A stretch of DNA of 63,910 nt, filler included, from Lenisia limosa (GCA_001655205.1; 12 parts of 12 records of this genome joined end to end with filler, not necessarily neighbours in it); one strand, 5' to 3'. Counted from the first letter of the whole stretch, positions 1 to 12,429 are shown. A program made the numbers and translations. Notes: generated by a model from the sequence alone, not told the origin.

Positions 1-1860
1 CCAGCGCCATATACCTTAAGTTCACCGGTGATATTCCAAGCTAAGGTTGTTAGCTTCAAGGAATCCAAGATCGCCTACCGCCACAAGCCCAAGGCCGTCC
101 AGCATATGACCTTAGTCGGTACCATCTGGTGAGAGGGGAGTATCAGTTTATGGAAAATTGTGATTTTTGCTTGTGACTTATAATCCGTGTTTTTCCTCTA
201 ATATATCTGCTCCAGCGGCGTACCGGACACAACGATTTCTTTACAACTAAAGGCAAATAAGAAGAGGTACCCAAAGGTGAAGCATTTTGACGTGAAGGAG
301 GGGACGTTTATTTTGCCAATAATTAAAAACAGAAACAAGGCATCAAAAATGGAGCTATCTAAAGGACTGACAAGAGACATTAAGAAAGCTTACCAAAGGA
401 AAAAGGAGGGAGGATCTTATCTTAACATGGGAGAACGGCCAACTTGAATGGGAAAAGATTTGATACAATCATGGCGCGGCACAGCAAACTGCTGAAGCTG
501 TCAAGAACGGGGCACTTCCGCCACGGTGCGACGACTGATATGATGAGGAGAAATTATTGGTTGTCATTGCATGTCAATATACCATTGAAACTTAACAGAC
601 CTGAAGGTTACAGGAAGATAAACCCTTAAAGGGAAGGGGGGAAGAAGGAAGGCTCCATATTGAGAGGGAATTGGTCCAGGATTGAAGTTATAAAGCAATG
701 AGGAAAAGGAGGGTAGGTAGGACGCGGCATCTGGTAATAGGGGTCAGTAATGAGCTGAGACGTTTTAGTCGGAGGGTGGAAGAAGGCTTAGAAGGCCAGC
801 CTTTCTTTCAATATAATATGGATGTTATTAGATGCAGCTTTTTGAGCATATCTCTTTTTTTTAATGTATACTTCTCGGTAGATTGAAAGAACGCATGACC
901 TGCAATTGCCTGGCACGTGGAGGCACGTCCAACTCCGTAAACATATTCAATAACACTCTTCTTGATGACCTTGGTTTCATAATAGTAAGCAAATAAGAGT
1001 ACAAAAAAAAGCAAAACGAAAATAAAAAGGGGAAAATTCCATCATTTTAATGATGGAATTTCTTACATTAGTCACATAGTTTAATTGAACTCTTTGAATC
1101 AAAAACATTCTTCATTAAGGTGGTGGTTCCATGTTGGGTATCTTATTAAATACGCTATACTTCCATTATTCATCCCAGAAATCGACAGTTGAGCCAGTTT
1201 AATGGTAAATATGCATGCCAAGAGTTTACCTGGTTGGGGTTGAAGAGCATAACGAAGATCCGCCAATGCTTGACGGGAGATGTTTAGAGTACAACACTGT
1301 CAAATAATAAGAGACTTAGAGGGGAGGAGAGAGGCTTGAGAAACCGTTGAGAAGAGAAGAGAAAAAACCACAAGTCACTTCTGAACACTCTCAGATTCTC
1401 TATTTTATGCTTCTGGCTCATCACTGGATTAAACTAGATAAGAGGAAATCTCGAGTTGTTCAGAGCTGGCGCCAACACGCCAATTCCTTTTGCTCAGAGA
1501 ATTCTCGATTTTGTTTCTCTTTTTCTAGTTTTGCATGATGATTAGTGAATACAGGCATATTTAAGAGTATAAAAGGTATTCAGGAAGTGATTAGTGTTGT
1601 CATTGTCCTTTTCCGTTGAGTAACTCGTGTCACCCCCTCAAGTGAGTGGTCAAATTATGTTCAATCCCCTACAAAAATAGACTGACACCTCCACCTTAAG
1701 CCACAATTTCAACAAAATGGACCCAAAAAAACACTTTATTTCATTCCAAAACCCCTTTGAACAAATAACCTGACTTAACCTTTTTGAAGAATAGAAAAGA
1801 AACCGTATAATAAGGCATAAATTCAGTAAAATACTTCATTTTTTCAAGATCGCCTTTGCT

Positions 1861-4800
1861 ATGGAAACTGGAACATCATACTGGCATCTTCTTGGCTCTG
1901 CTTCGACTTTTTTTGATAATATGTTTTATAATTTTGGGTCTTCACAACTGGTGGGATCAAGATATGACAACCATGACAGTGAGGGGTGGGATCAAGATAT
2001 GACAAGTTGGTTTTTTATTGGCAAAATAATGCAGTTATTTATTGTTAAAATAATCTTAACTCACATCAGAATTTTTACTTTACCCATCAAGGTTTCCTGT
2101 TGGGGTCTGTGAAATGCAAGGAAAACGAAATCATATGGAAGACGCACTTACAATAAAGGGCTCTTTTCTTGGAGATACAAAATCTGATTACTTCGCCATT
2201 TATGATGGACATGGTGGAACTGAAGTTGCAAAATTTTTATCAACTGCATTACATGCTCTTTTAGCAGATCGACTTCATGCTGGAAACACACCTGAGCTTG
2301 CATTAGAATCAGTTTGCTTTTGATACTTTTATTCCTTTTTTACGTTAATAAGTCATCCTAGCATGGTATTGAAAGACTACTATAGATGGATTGAAGGGGT
2401 TGAATTTTCTGAAATATTTGTTCACTTTGTGGGTATCAATTTTTTGAAAAACAATTAATTTCGGATGCAAAAAATAATAATACCTGACTCAGGGGGTTGT
2501 TCCTATTTGATATGAGAAGGTGGGGACCGAAAGCCTCAAGATTAGAGGTTCTGAGATATTCTTAATGCGGGAGTCCAATTAAATTTTTGCAATATAGTTT
2601 TTAAGATTTGGGGCCTGGGGTGGACAAATGTATAATTGTGAGTTTAATCGTTTCCGTGAGAATATTAGCTGAATTCCTTTATAAGGCACAGTAATGTCTC
2701 TGTTTTACACCACTTTGTGAAATCATCATCTAAATTAGAATATAGCACTTTCTATGGGTGATTTTAGACTTGAAAACTATACGATTTGACTAATATTTCA
2801 GGAAAAGTCAATACTAAAGTATTAAAGTTGTCCAATTCTCTTGGAGTTGACTCAGAAAAGTGCATATTTCTTCATTTAAAAATGTATTTAGGCGATGGAA
2901 GGGGGAAGAAGAAGCCTTAGGATGAGGAGGTAGGATTTTGGCTCAGAGAATTTGAGGTTTATGGTCTTCATACAAATTCTCAGACAAATTAGCGATATTC
3001 TTTGAGTGTAATGAAGATTATACTAATAATAGCGAAGAGAGGGTTCATAAAGGTTCAGGAAGCTCAAACTCACAAATATTTTTACTGGATGCAGTCTTTC
3101 TTAAGTTTTTTGGGCTTGGTAGATGTATAATTACTTGCCTAAGATGAAGTAAGCTCTTTGAATCAGATATTCTCTTGAAATTATCAACACATTGGGCGTC
3201 TGCTCTAAGCCAAAAACCTGTGCGCCCGCTACCCTTTCAGTCCCCACCTCCTCGGTTTGACATTTTGGGTTTCGCTTTTAGACCTTTTTAGGTTCTAAAC
3301 ATGATATTTGAGGAATTTAAATAATTAGTAACAACACACAACCAACACAACTGCCGCATTGTCTATTTGTTTCAGTTTTGGCCTAATGCCTCGGATAATC
3401 ACATTTCAGGTCATTTAAAACCATTTTTAGAATATTACATATCAGTGCTGTTTTCTACAAAAAAACTGCCTCATACATCAGAGGAAGCACTTATTTTTAT
3501 ACATTATATTGAGTATAGTGGACCTTTTTTTTATATAGATTGAAACCTGTTTGCAACCAGTCAATTTATATATACAAATTTAAAGGTTCATATAACTACT
3601 TAGAAGTTGTATTATATACATATATTATAACTAAGATTCTTCCTAAGTGCGTACTGAGATGATACAATGAAAGCGGGAGTATGGGTGATTTTAAATTTGA
3701 AAACTATACGACCAATATTTCAGGAAAAGTTAATACCAAGAAAACGACAAAATATTAATTTTCCAATTCTCTTCAAGTTGACTCAGACAAGTGCATATTT
3801 CTTGCAATGTTCCATGGAATTGCGGGCAAAATTCCAAAAAACATTGTTTTCGCAGTTTCAGCAGACTCCCGCTTCAAGTGCGTACTCTGATGTATAACGT
3901 ACTCCGATGTATTTCCCCAAAAAAACTACCCGCTGAATTAAGAGTCATTTTGATTACTTTCCACACTTTTTTTATTTTTGGCGAAATCGAAAAAGGACTG
4001 AACCACCTTAAATGGCAAATTTCTGATTAACTGTCCTTAATGGTGAAGATAGGTATTAATATTTCTTGTTGTTATCAACCCTTGTGTGTTGTTAGCTCAC
4101 AGAGTTGATTTGGGTTTTGTTTTTGTTTCATAAATTTTCCAATTTTACTCCCCACCCCCCCTCCCCTAGGATATGAGCGGAAATGGCTCCTTTAGTCGAA
4201 CAGAGCTGATTTCATCAAACTTATCGACGATAGGAGGGTAGGATTGTGGTTCTGAGTTGGTTTACTATCCAGAGCGATCCATCTCCGGGCAGTGCTGCCT
4301 TCCGCAACGCCGTGTCTGATCATCCCACTTGCCTTGTACCTCCCAGCTAACCATGGCCTTGTGTCCATCGTGTCTGTTCGAGCGTATGTGGCTGATGCTT
4401 ACTACATAACAAGTTCACCAGCATTAGCATCATCACATCATCAGAATCTTCATCATTTTATTAAATATTATAATATTTGACAATATGGTCGTTTTGAAAA
4501 TATATGACGCATTTCCTGAAAAATTAGACGGTTCCCAAAATCTGTGGGGCATATGGTGGAGTGGTTTTAAAAAAACAATACTATTTAAGGATGTTCAGAG
4601 GACGAAGAAGGCTTGATGACGAGGATTAGGTATGGGTGGACTCTAGCTTACAATGCAGCATTTGGTCGCTGATAGGTTTGTTTCGGTATCAGTTCTTAAG
4701 AGCCTAATGAAGACTAGGTTTCTTGGTATATTCTTGAACAGTGTTATCATGCAAATACAGTGTAATGAACACCAAACAAAATACACATCTCACCTTCCTC

Positions 4801-6417
4801 CTTAAAGCGTCCGTTAGAATGATGTCTGGAGCTTTAAAGAACCACATATCTCCGGTCCTTAATTAAGTCATTAAAGTGGGCCAAAAGCAAAGGTGCTTTT
4901 TTGGATTTTCCTCAATATTAGCAATTCTAATAATAAAAAAAAAAAACACAATTTTCAGAGGGTCCTATAGTTTCTCTCTCAAAAAGACCGCTGAGAAGGG
5001 AAAAGGGAGGGACATACTGGCTTCGTTATATTATTCTTGCTGAGCTGTTGACGGAGGGGAACGCAGCAGGGTGGAATAGCGAGATAATGTTTCTGTGATT
5101 GAAATATCACATTAACTTCAAGGTGACCTGGGGGGTCCGTGCTGACTATGGGCCAGTTGGATGCTTTCCCTCTTGGCTTCTTCTTGATACCTTCGTTGCT
5201 TAGATACATTTGTAATAAAAAGCGCTCTCTTCCTGAAAGGGGCGAGTTGTGTATCGTCTAGATCTTTGGAAAGTTGATGCCACAGCTGTGTTCTACTGGC
5301 TCTTCGCCTTCAGCTTGCTGTGTGCAGATTTTTCTCTTCTATCCAGTAGTTGATTCCATATTTCTTCTTCTTCTTCAAGCATGTTTCGTCAGTAATGAAG
5401 TCCCAATGGCCCTGCATGTAGATCTCATGTTTCAATTACCAAAATTCTCTAATCCACAGCTGTTAATTTCTGTTAAAATGTCGGGCTTTTTATCTCGAGC
5501 CTAGTTACGCTATTTTACAATACGATTCGACCATTTTAAGGGTTTTGGGGGTCTGGCTTTCTGTTTCTGAAGTCATTCGAAATTTTAAAGAGCCATCGTC
5601 CCAGGGAAAGAGAACTCAAAATCATGCGTCATCGCTCTACCTCTCGATTGATGAGAACTAGCTTTTGCTTTTCACACATCGTATCTTTAAATAAACACTA
5701 CCCGTCACCCAAGTAGCTGAATGTTGCTTTTATAAAAAGCCTAACTCTTTTAGGCGACTCTTCTCACATGTATGGTATTAAAAAATAAAAAAATGGGGTT
5801 TTCTTGCGGTTCAACAGCAGTTGAAATATTGTTTTTATTTGGCATCTCTTTTAATGATTGATGATAATATGTACTTTTCGAATACAGGGGATGCTCGCTC
5901 AGTAATATCAAGGCAAAAAAAGGCATTCAGGTATGTTTCAATCCAAAACTGTTATCATGACTTCCTCTTTTTCTTTTTTTAGATGCTCATATGATCATAA
6001 GCCAACAAATATTGAGGAAGAACAAAGAATAAAAGTTGTTTTTAAGTTCTTACCTTTGATGCTGGGCGGATTTGTCACCGAGGAAGGAAGAGTGAATGGT
6101 ATTCTTGCAGTTTCAAGGTCAATTGGGGACTTCATGCTTTCCCCTTATGTATGTCCTGAACCCTATATTAATACAATGGTGAAAACAAACGACGATGAAT
6201 TTGTTATAATTGCATGTGATGGTTTGTCTTTTTCTTAATTGAAAGGAGTTTGGGATGTCATGAGCGATCAACAAGCAGTCGATATTGTTCATTCTGTTGA
6301 TGATCCTGCATTAGTTTATTCTGTTATTGACACTTGGCTGCTTTAAAATTGAGGGATATTGCCTATTCATATGGTTCTATGGATAATATTACTGCAATGG
6401 TAATTAAGTTTAAATAG
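1861..6417 (+). CDS. Protein phosphatase 2C (PPM family), multi-exon; 5' end uncertain
   Basis: Spliced translation contains EMQGKRNHMED, FAIYDGHGG, CGSTA, NTGDAR, DHKP, RVNGILAVSRSIGD, IACDGVWDV and GSMDNIT, all diagnostic PP2C motifs in order. Stop TAG at 6415-6417. Introns 2312-5753 (approximate model), 5931-5982 and 6222-6245 are GT-AG; three others are GT-TG. Confidence 0.9.
4067..4169 (+). repeat. Acceptor-associated repeat (family B) copy
   Basis: TTGTTATCAACCCTTGTGTGTTGTTAGCTCACAGAGTTGATTTGGG...GTTTCATAAATTTTCCAATTTTACTCCC...CTAG; same consensus as the other copies. Confidence 0.8.
5450..5660. repeat. Partial copy of the ~1 kb foldback element
   Basis: ATCTCGAGCCTAGTTACGCTATTTT...AGGGTTTTGGGGGTCTGGCTTTCTGTTTCTGAAGTCATT matches 11430-11530. 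Confidence 0.75.
5820..5841 (+). other. Predicted 22-nt non-canonical GT...TG intron in PP2C
   Basis: GTTGAAATATTGTTTTTATTTG. Removal joins GSTA to ASLLMIDDNMYFSNTGD, with 13 residues between GSTA and N as in the PP2C consensus. Retention causes a frameshift and stop. Confidence 0.7.
6035..6058 (+). other. Predicted 24-nt GT...TG intron in PP2C
   Basis: GTTGTTTTTAAGTTCTTACCTTTG. Removal gives RI-KML-GGFV, matching the RI-xxx-GG consensus. Retention is in frame (8 extra residues), so this is the weakest of the three. Confidence 0.55.
6314..6336 (+). other. Predicted 23-nt GT...TG intron in PP2C
   Basis: GTTTATTCTGTTATTGACACTTG. Removal gives DP-AL-AA-LK-LRDIA. The downstream frame has TGA at 6328-6330 and there is no AG between it and the exon, so I found no GT-AG solution in frame. 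Confidence 0.75.
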
Positions 6418-7967
6418 ACTTGTTCAAGCTTTCGTTGGGTGGTATCTGTAAGCGTGTCTTTGGGGTTTATGGTATTCATACCTTGTTATTTTTGAAGTTT
6501 TTAGGCCTCATAGCGCGTTAGTACTCAATTTTGGTTAACAATTTCAATTTTTTTTATTATTATTATTTTCCTTATCTTTTCATTTATATTCTCGAAAGTG
6601 AAAGCCTTAGTAAGCAGTATGTAATTATATATAGTACATGTATGTATAATACATAGCAGCAAATTTTTTGCGCCGTTTTTGTTTTGTTCCACTATTTCGG
6701 GTTTCTTTTTAAAAAAAGGGGGAGCAAACAACTCCAAATACACTCAGAATGGTGCCCACATCGCTTTTAAATAATACTTAGTCAAACCTCAAATCTAAAC
6801 AATCATGTAATTTTGACTATAATGTTCCGATTTCCATCACCATGTGCGAAGTGGACTTCAGATTGGTACAAAGTACTGTTATTCATACACAATCCCATCT
6901 CAACAAGATTACTACCCAAAGCACACTTCCAAGGTTTCAGTTAGCCTGAGTTATGACTTATTTGGAATCCAATTTTAAAATCTTCCCCTGGTAAACCCAA
7001 TTGAACATCTTCGGCAACAAAGTGGCGGCACTCCTGTAAGGAAAACATGACCAATATTCCAACTTTCTGGACCAAACGAAAGCATGAAAAGCCGAATGGA
7101 ACACTTCCAGTGGATGGGCTACGCAAATTAATTGAATCGATGCCTGCTCAATGTACAGCCGTTATTAAAGCGGAGGGGGGTCCTGCTGGGTACTAATTGT
7201 TGTGTATATCTGGTAAATGCGCTGGTGGTTCCCAATATTCCACTTTTTGGTAATTGATGGTGTATAACTAAGAAAAAATCTCAAACATCAAAACACAGTT
7301 GACGAGTATATTTCTGAGAGGATTTGGAGTTTTTTGCTACATTTGTGAACAACACGACTTAGCTGCAAAAGTGTGGTTAACATCGCTTTTCGCGATATGC
7401 ACTTGTATTTAAGTGAAACTCCCTTTTTACAGAAAACCTTTAAACCCATTGTCAGCGCTACTCCCTCTGCCCACAATTGTCGCTAGTACGCGTAATACCA
7501 GTGCTTGGAAGCGTGCAGCTACCACCCCCAAGTCCATTGCCTTTCGTCTTCTGATGGTTAAGACTCCCCTTGACAAAAAGAAGCCGGAAGATGTCGATTC
7601 CGGCATTGATCTTTACGTACATCCCAATCCCTAAAAGATCAGGTTTTTTCTTAGGACATATTTACGAGTATTAGTGTGTTATAAACCCTCTTGATTCTTT
7701 CTGGCCATATGACATTTATAATGATGTAATCATAAAAGAGGTTATCCTGCTTCCAAGAGAAGTGGTACAATGATGAATGCGATTCATGAAGCTTGGGTAG
7801 AAGAAGGAAATAGTGATAATTAAAGGTAGAAATAGAGGGGGAGTAGTATAAAGTGAACTAGTTTTTGAGATCTCAGTGAAAATCTGGATCAAACTGTCCT
7901 GACGTGGTGACAAGCCTCTTGATTAATAAAGGTAAGTATTCTAAGACAATCTAACAGAAACGTGCAC

Positions 7968-8141
7968 TAAATCTGGAGCTTTGATCATCCTAAGGATCAC
8001 CAAGTTTTTTTTGCTTGAAGTCTATCGCCTGGGCTCTTTGATCTTAAAATGCTTATCAGGGATAAATAAATGAAACTTGGATCACAATATGAGCCCAACA
8101 ATTGGATGGGTCCTCTCTCTCTTCCTCTCTGCTTCTCTTCT
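7968..8141 (+). repeat. ~170-bp dispersed repeat, copy 1 (inverted copy at 15979-16146)
   Basis: TAAATCTGGAGCTTTGATCATCCTAAGGATCACCAAG...CTCTGCTTCTCTTCTA matches the reverse complement of 15979-16146. Confidence 0.8.
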
Positions 8142-8476
8142 AATGTTTAACAACAGCTTTNNNNNNNNNNNNNNNNNNNNNNNNNNNNNNNNNATGAATT
8201 GGACTCCCGCTTTAAGAACGCGTCGAGAAGGCAGCCGAGTTCGCTCCTTCTCTGCAGCAGCAGCAACCTCCTGCTCCCACCTCCTCGAGTAGCGACTTCG
8301 CCTTGGCCCTGATCAAGGGATTAAGGGTTCGCCTACATTGCTCACATCCTCGAACAACGACTTCACATTGACCCTCTTCAAGGTTAAAGATTCGCCTACA
8401 TTGTCAGATAAATACCAGGAGATGATGTTTCAAGCATTGTACCCGATGCAAATCAATATTGCCGAAATAATTTTAC

Positions 8477-8778
8477 CTTTCAGAACAACTCTGAGCTCTG
8501 TGAGGTCTTTGGGGAACTGTAGTCCTTGGACACCTCATCCTCCAGGCCCCTCATGACATTTTCTTTCAACACAATTACACCATTTTTATTGATGCCTTCT
8601 TTGCATCTTTGAAGGAAGCCGATAAAGTCCTGTACAGTAAACACAGATTTAACAAACCTCATCATGAAGGTAAATGGCTACCCACTGAACCCAAATGCAA
8701 TCGTACACGCTCTCTTCAGGGGTATAATCTTGTAGGCCACTGCAATAAATCCCCAGAATGCGACTTGCAGGCAATGAC
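8477..8778 (-). pseudogene. NTMT1/Tae1-like N-terminal protein methyltransferase, C-terminal exons; frameshifted or mis-assembled
   Basis: YCSGLQDYTPEESVYDCIWVQWVAIYLHDE|DFIGFLQRCKEGINKNGVIVLKEN matches the NTMT1 family (GLQdFtP..YD.IW.QW..hL.D.d...FL..C...L...G.iv.KEN). There is a 28-nt GT-AG intron at 8630-8657 and a 1-nt frameshift after DYS. Confidence 0.7.
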
Positions 8779-8832
8779 CTAGAGTGAGTTAAAAAGGCAA
8801 TATCACAGATTATATTCATTAAAAAAAAATTC

Positions 8833-8948
8833 CCACTTAATTTTGCGTTCTCTTACTTCGCCCTTCTTTCCACTTAATTTTGCGTTCTCTTACTTCGCCC
8901 TTCTTTCCACTTATTTTTGCGTTCTCTTACTTCGCCCTACTTTCCACT
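8833..8948. repeat. Tandem repeat, ~37-bp unit x3
   Basis: CCACTTAATTTTGCGTTCTCTTACTTCGCCCTTCTTT repeated. Confidence 0.85.
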
Positions 8949-9169
8949 TCGTACTGATACGAGAAAGGAAGACAGAAAAAGTTATGGGCCTTCGTGGTTT
9001 ATATATCATATCATATGTAATACTGAAAAGAGTAAGAACCCCCCCCCCCCNNNNNNNNNNNNNNNNNNNNNNNNNNNNNNNNNNNNNNNNNNNNNNNNNN
9101 NNNNNNNNNNNNNNNNNNNNNNNNNNNNNNNNNNNNNNNNNNNNNNNNNCACTATAAATAAGAGCTTCC

Positions 9170-10140
9170 TAAGGAAAGTATGTTTCTCAGATGATTAATG
9201 TGGATTACCATTAAATTTTTCAAGAAATGCTGAACCAAACTCATCCACACAGGACTATTAACGACATCGTCCCCGAAATTGAGTCTCTCCACATCCAGCA
9301 GGTTCTCTCTACTATCTTTCGTGCCATCGGTCAGGCCCGGTGACGCCAACATCTCTGCCATCGGTGCACTTATCGAGGAAGGCTTTGCCTCCCAGGCCGA
9401 TCGACGCCGCACTCCCTTTACAGCAACCACGCCTCACACCCACATCCCGCAGCACTTGCCACTCAAACCCCATCGGGTTGATCACAAAAATAAAAGAAGA
9501 CGGGTCGATTAAGAACCACATCATTCTAGATGGGAGCTAACAGTTCGAAGCTTCATTGATAAAATAAGGAGCAGCCTCAATAAAGGTTGGTGACTGTTCG
9601 GAGGCGATCTTTCAGACACTTTCTATCTCATAACCATTGCATACAATGAGAAGCATATTTGCCATTTCAAGAAAATGCCTATGGGTTTTAGGAATTCATC
9701 AGCTCAGTTTAACCTCCTATCCCAAGCAATTAAGACCATCTGGCACCATAGAATAATGTCAGGATGGCTCTTCAACCAGCAGGACTACGACAGCAATATC
9801 AAGAAACTCTCTGATTTAGAAGAAGCAGTAATCAAACAATTGGTTAAAAACCATCACAACTTGTTGTTCATCTACATGTACCTAGACGACGCTGCAGCCA
9901 CAATCACCATTGCACGTTACTGCCTGTTAACACTAATCTGCATCTTCAACAACTACACGATTCAATACGCACCAAAAAAGCTGCATCTCCCAGTCACACG
10001 CTCTACTCACATGGTATCACCCTAGCTAGATACCATGAAAATGACCGCCAAATCTTTCCTCCGTACTATAAATGACACCCTCACTAAGGGAACAGCAACA
10101 AGGAAGGAAGGACAATCCATCATTGAAAGTTAGTTTGGGC
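9170..10140 (+). mobile_element. Decayed reverse transcriptase, DIRS/Ngaro (tyrosine-recombinase retroelement)-like
   Basis: Across stops and frameshifts: PIGLITKIKEDGSIKNHIILD, GDLSDTFYLITI, KKMPMGFRNSSAQFN, YMYLDD, then LDTMKMTA. This is RT motif order; the LDT..M.A tail resembles DIRS-class RTs. Confidence 0.75.
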
Positions 10141-10889
10141 AGGTACTTTACTACAGACCTTTTACCTCTTGAGTCCAGGCCACCCAACGCTACCACGAAC
10201 CTCAGCAAAGAGTCTATAGAGGGTCGATGTATGGGTATTTATCAATCTAGACCCCAACTGGGCTGGAATGGTAATGATCCACAATCCAAAGAAGATAAGA
10301 CCAAGAAGTAGCACATTTCACTATGTGAAGCAAAATCGATAGATTTTGAAAGCTGTTCAAAAACCTGATAAAGTATGTTGATGACTCTGACCTTATTAAT
10401 ACTCTATTACGTTACTTTCTGGTTAAAAAATGACTTGCTGTTCGCCTAAATTCCTGATCTTCTGAATGATCTCCTTTCCTCTTCTGGTTGCTCCCTACTC
10501 CCGCTCTGCCTGTGTTATGATCATTTAGAGCATTTGAAGAACTTTACCAATGCATCCAAGAAGTTTTTGCACCTCGCTGCTTCATTTATTGATCTGGTCC
10601 TGATCCCTGAACCGATCTTCATCCCCTGGTCCTCTGTTTCTCTTGCTGCGCATTTTGAGGCTCTCTGATGATTTCTTCCTTTTTTAATTCCATTCCCCTA
10701 TGCCAACTATTCTCCTTTCCTTTTTTGGTGACCTGTAAATATATTTTCTTTCTAAAGTGACCCAAATGGGAAAGATACAATCACAAGGAAGTCATCATAT
10801 TTTCCTGTGGATTGTCTCATTTTTTTTATCATATTCATTAGTGATTTAATGGGAAATGGCCAAAAATCACCAGATCAGATGATATGTAT

Positions 10890-11910
10890 ATATCATATGC
10901 TTCCGAAACTAAACCCGATTTTTTATAACTTTTGAAACAGTTGCCCTCTTACAACGTGAATGAACATCATCAAAAACCATTGGAAATATGAAATAATAAC
11001 CAAATGTATAATTTTACACAAACTCCAGGACATTTAGCACTCTGGGCCGGGCGCCCGGGAAAATTTTTTTCAAAAATTAGGACTAAATCTTACTACTGTT
11101 GTCATTTTGCGATGTTCTTATATTTGGAATTAAGTTTGAGGAAGTTTCATAACTTCTGCGATATTATTTTGATCTGGGACCTTGTTTAATTGGGAAAACA
11201 GGGTTAAACAAGTCGAAAAAACGGTCGTTTCTCATCAAATAGCGCTGTAAAACTTCGAATGACTTTAAAAACAGAAAGACAGACCCCCAAAACCCTCAAA
11301 ATGGTCGAATCGGATTTTGAAATAGCGTAAGTAGGCTCAAGATAATAAGCCTGACATTGTCACTGAAATTAGCAACTGTGGAACACTCGAGACTTTTGGT
11401 AATGTCAATCAAAAAGACAGGATTTATATCTCGAGCCTACTAACGCTATTTTAAAATCCGATTTGACCATTTTCAGGGTTTTGGGGGTCTGTCTTTCTGT
11501 TTCTGACGTCATTAGAAGTTTTAAAGGGCTGTACGATGAGAAATGACCGTTTTTTCGACTTTTTCAGCCCTGTTTTCCCAATTAGGCAAGTATCAAACTT
11601 TCTGGAACATTTAGGTCCCAAATCAAATCAAAAAAATATCGCAAAAATTATGCGACTTCCGCAAACTTAATTCCAAATCTAAGAACATCGCAAAATGACA
11701 ACAGTAGCAAGATTTAGTCCTGTTTTGAAGAAAATATGCCCGGGCGCCCGGCCCGGAGTGCCAAATTTCCTGGAATTTGTGTGAAATTTTACATTTGGTT
11801 ATTATTTCATATTTCCAATGGTTTTTAATGATGTTCACGTTGTAAGAGAGCAACTGTTCAAAAAGTTAAAATCGGGTAAAATCGGGTTTAGTGTCGGAAA
11901 CATATATGCA
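10890..11910. mobile_element. ~1 kb palindromic foldback element
   Basis: The left arm (AAACCCGATTTTTATAACTTTTGAAACAGTTG...GGCCGGGCGCCCGGG...) is the reverse complement of the right arm almost to the centre (~11390). Partial copies lie at 5450-5660 and 12023-12150. Confidence 0.85.
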
Positions 11911-12429
11911 TGAACGGCTAAACCCTATAAAACCCTATAAATCCCGATATTTTTATAAACTTTNNNNNNNNNNNNNNNNNNNNNNNNNNNNNNNNNNNNN
12001 NNNNNNNNNNNNNNNNNNNNNNAATTTGGAATTAAGTTTGTGGAAGTTTCATAACTTTTGCGATTGGTCGAATAAGATTTTAAAATGGCTTTAGTAGGCT
12101 CCAGATATGAAGCCTGACATTTTGACTGAAATTACCAAACTTCCTCGCAGCAGTCCAAGTACTACTTGATGTCGGACTTGTATCTGTTTTCACCGAAGTC
12201 TTGCTTACGGCGGATTCCAGAAGGTCCTTTTTGACACGCTTGAGGCGCCTTCTCAACGTAACTAAGGTATGAGATTTCACTAGAGTGGTACATGTCTATT
12301 ATCCGCTGCCCTTTTATGATAATGAAATGAGTATTGGGAAAAAGCATGACACTTGAGATGGACTTAAATTAATATAAATACATCGTAAGAGACTGACATT
12401 GATAGTGAGACGAAAGGGGGGGGGGGCAT

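Noticed and set aside
600-1320. Possible LRR-receptor-like gene on the minus strand (GPIPSQYG, LPSSIG, ALADLRYAL...W)
   Set aside because: The motifs fall in different frames with stops, and I could not build a consistent exon chain.
2390-9560. Stop-codon reassignment suggested by in-frame TGA/TAA (RT GW*LF, NTMT1 LF*K)
   Set aside because: The stops occur only in decayed or frameshifted sequences. MCM5 and PP2C exons read cleanly in the standard code.
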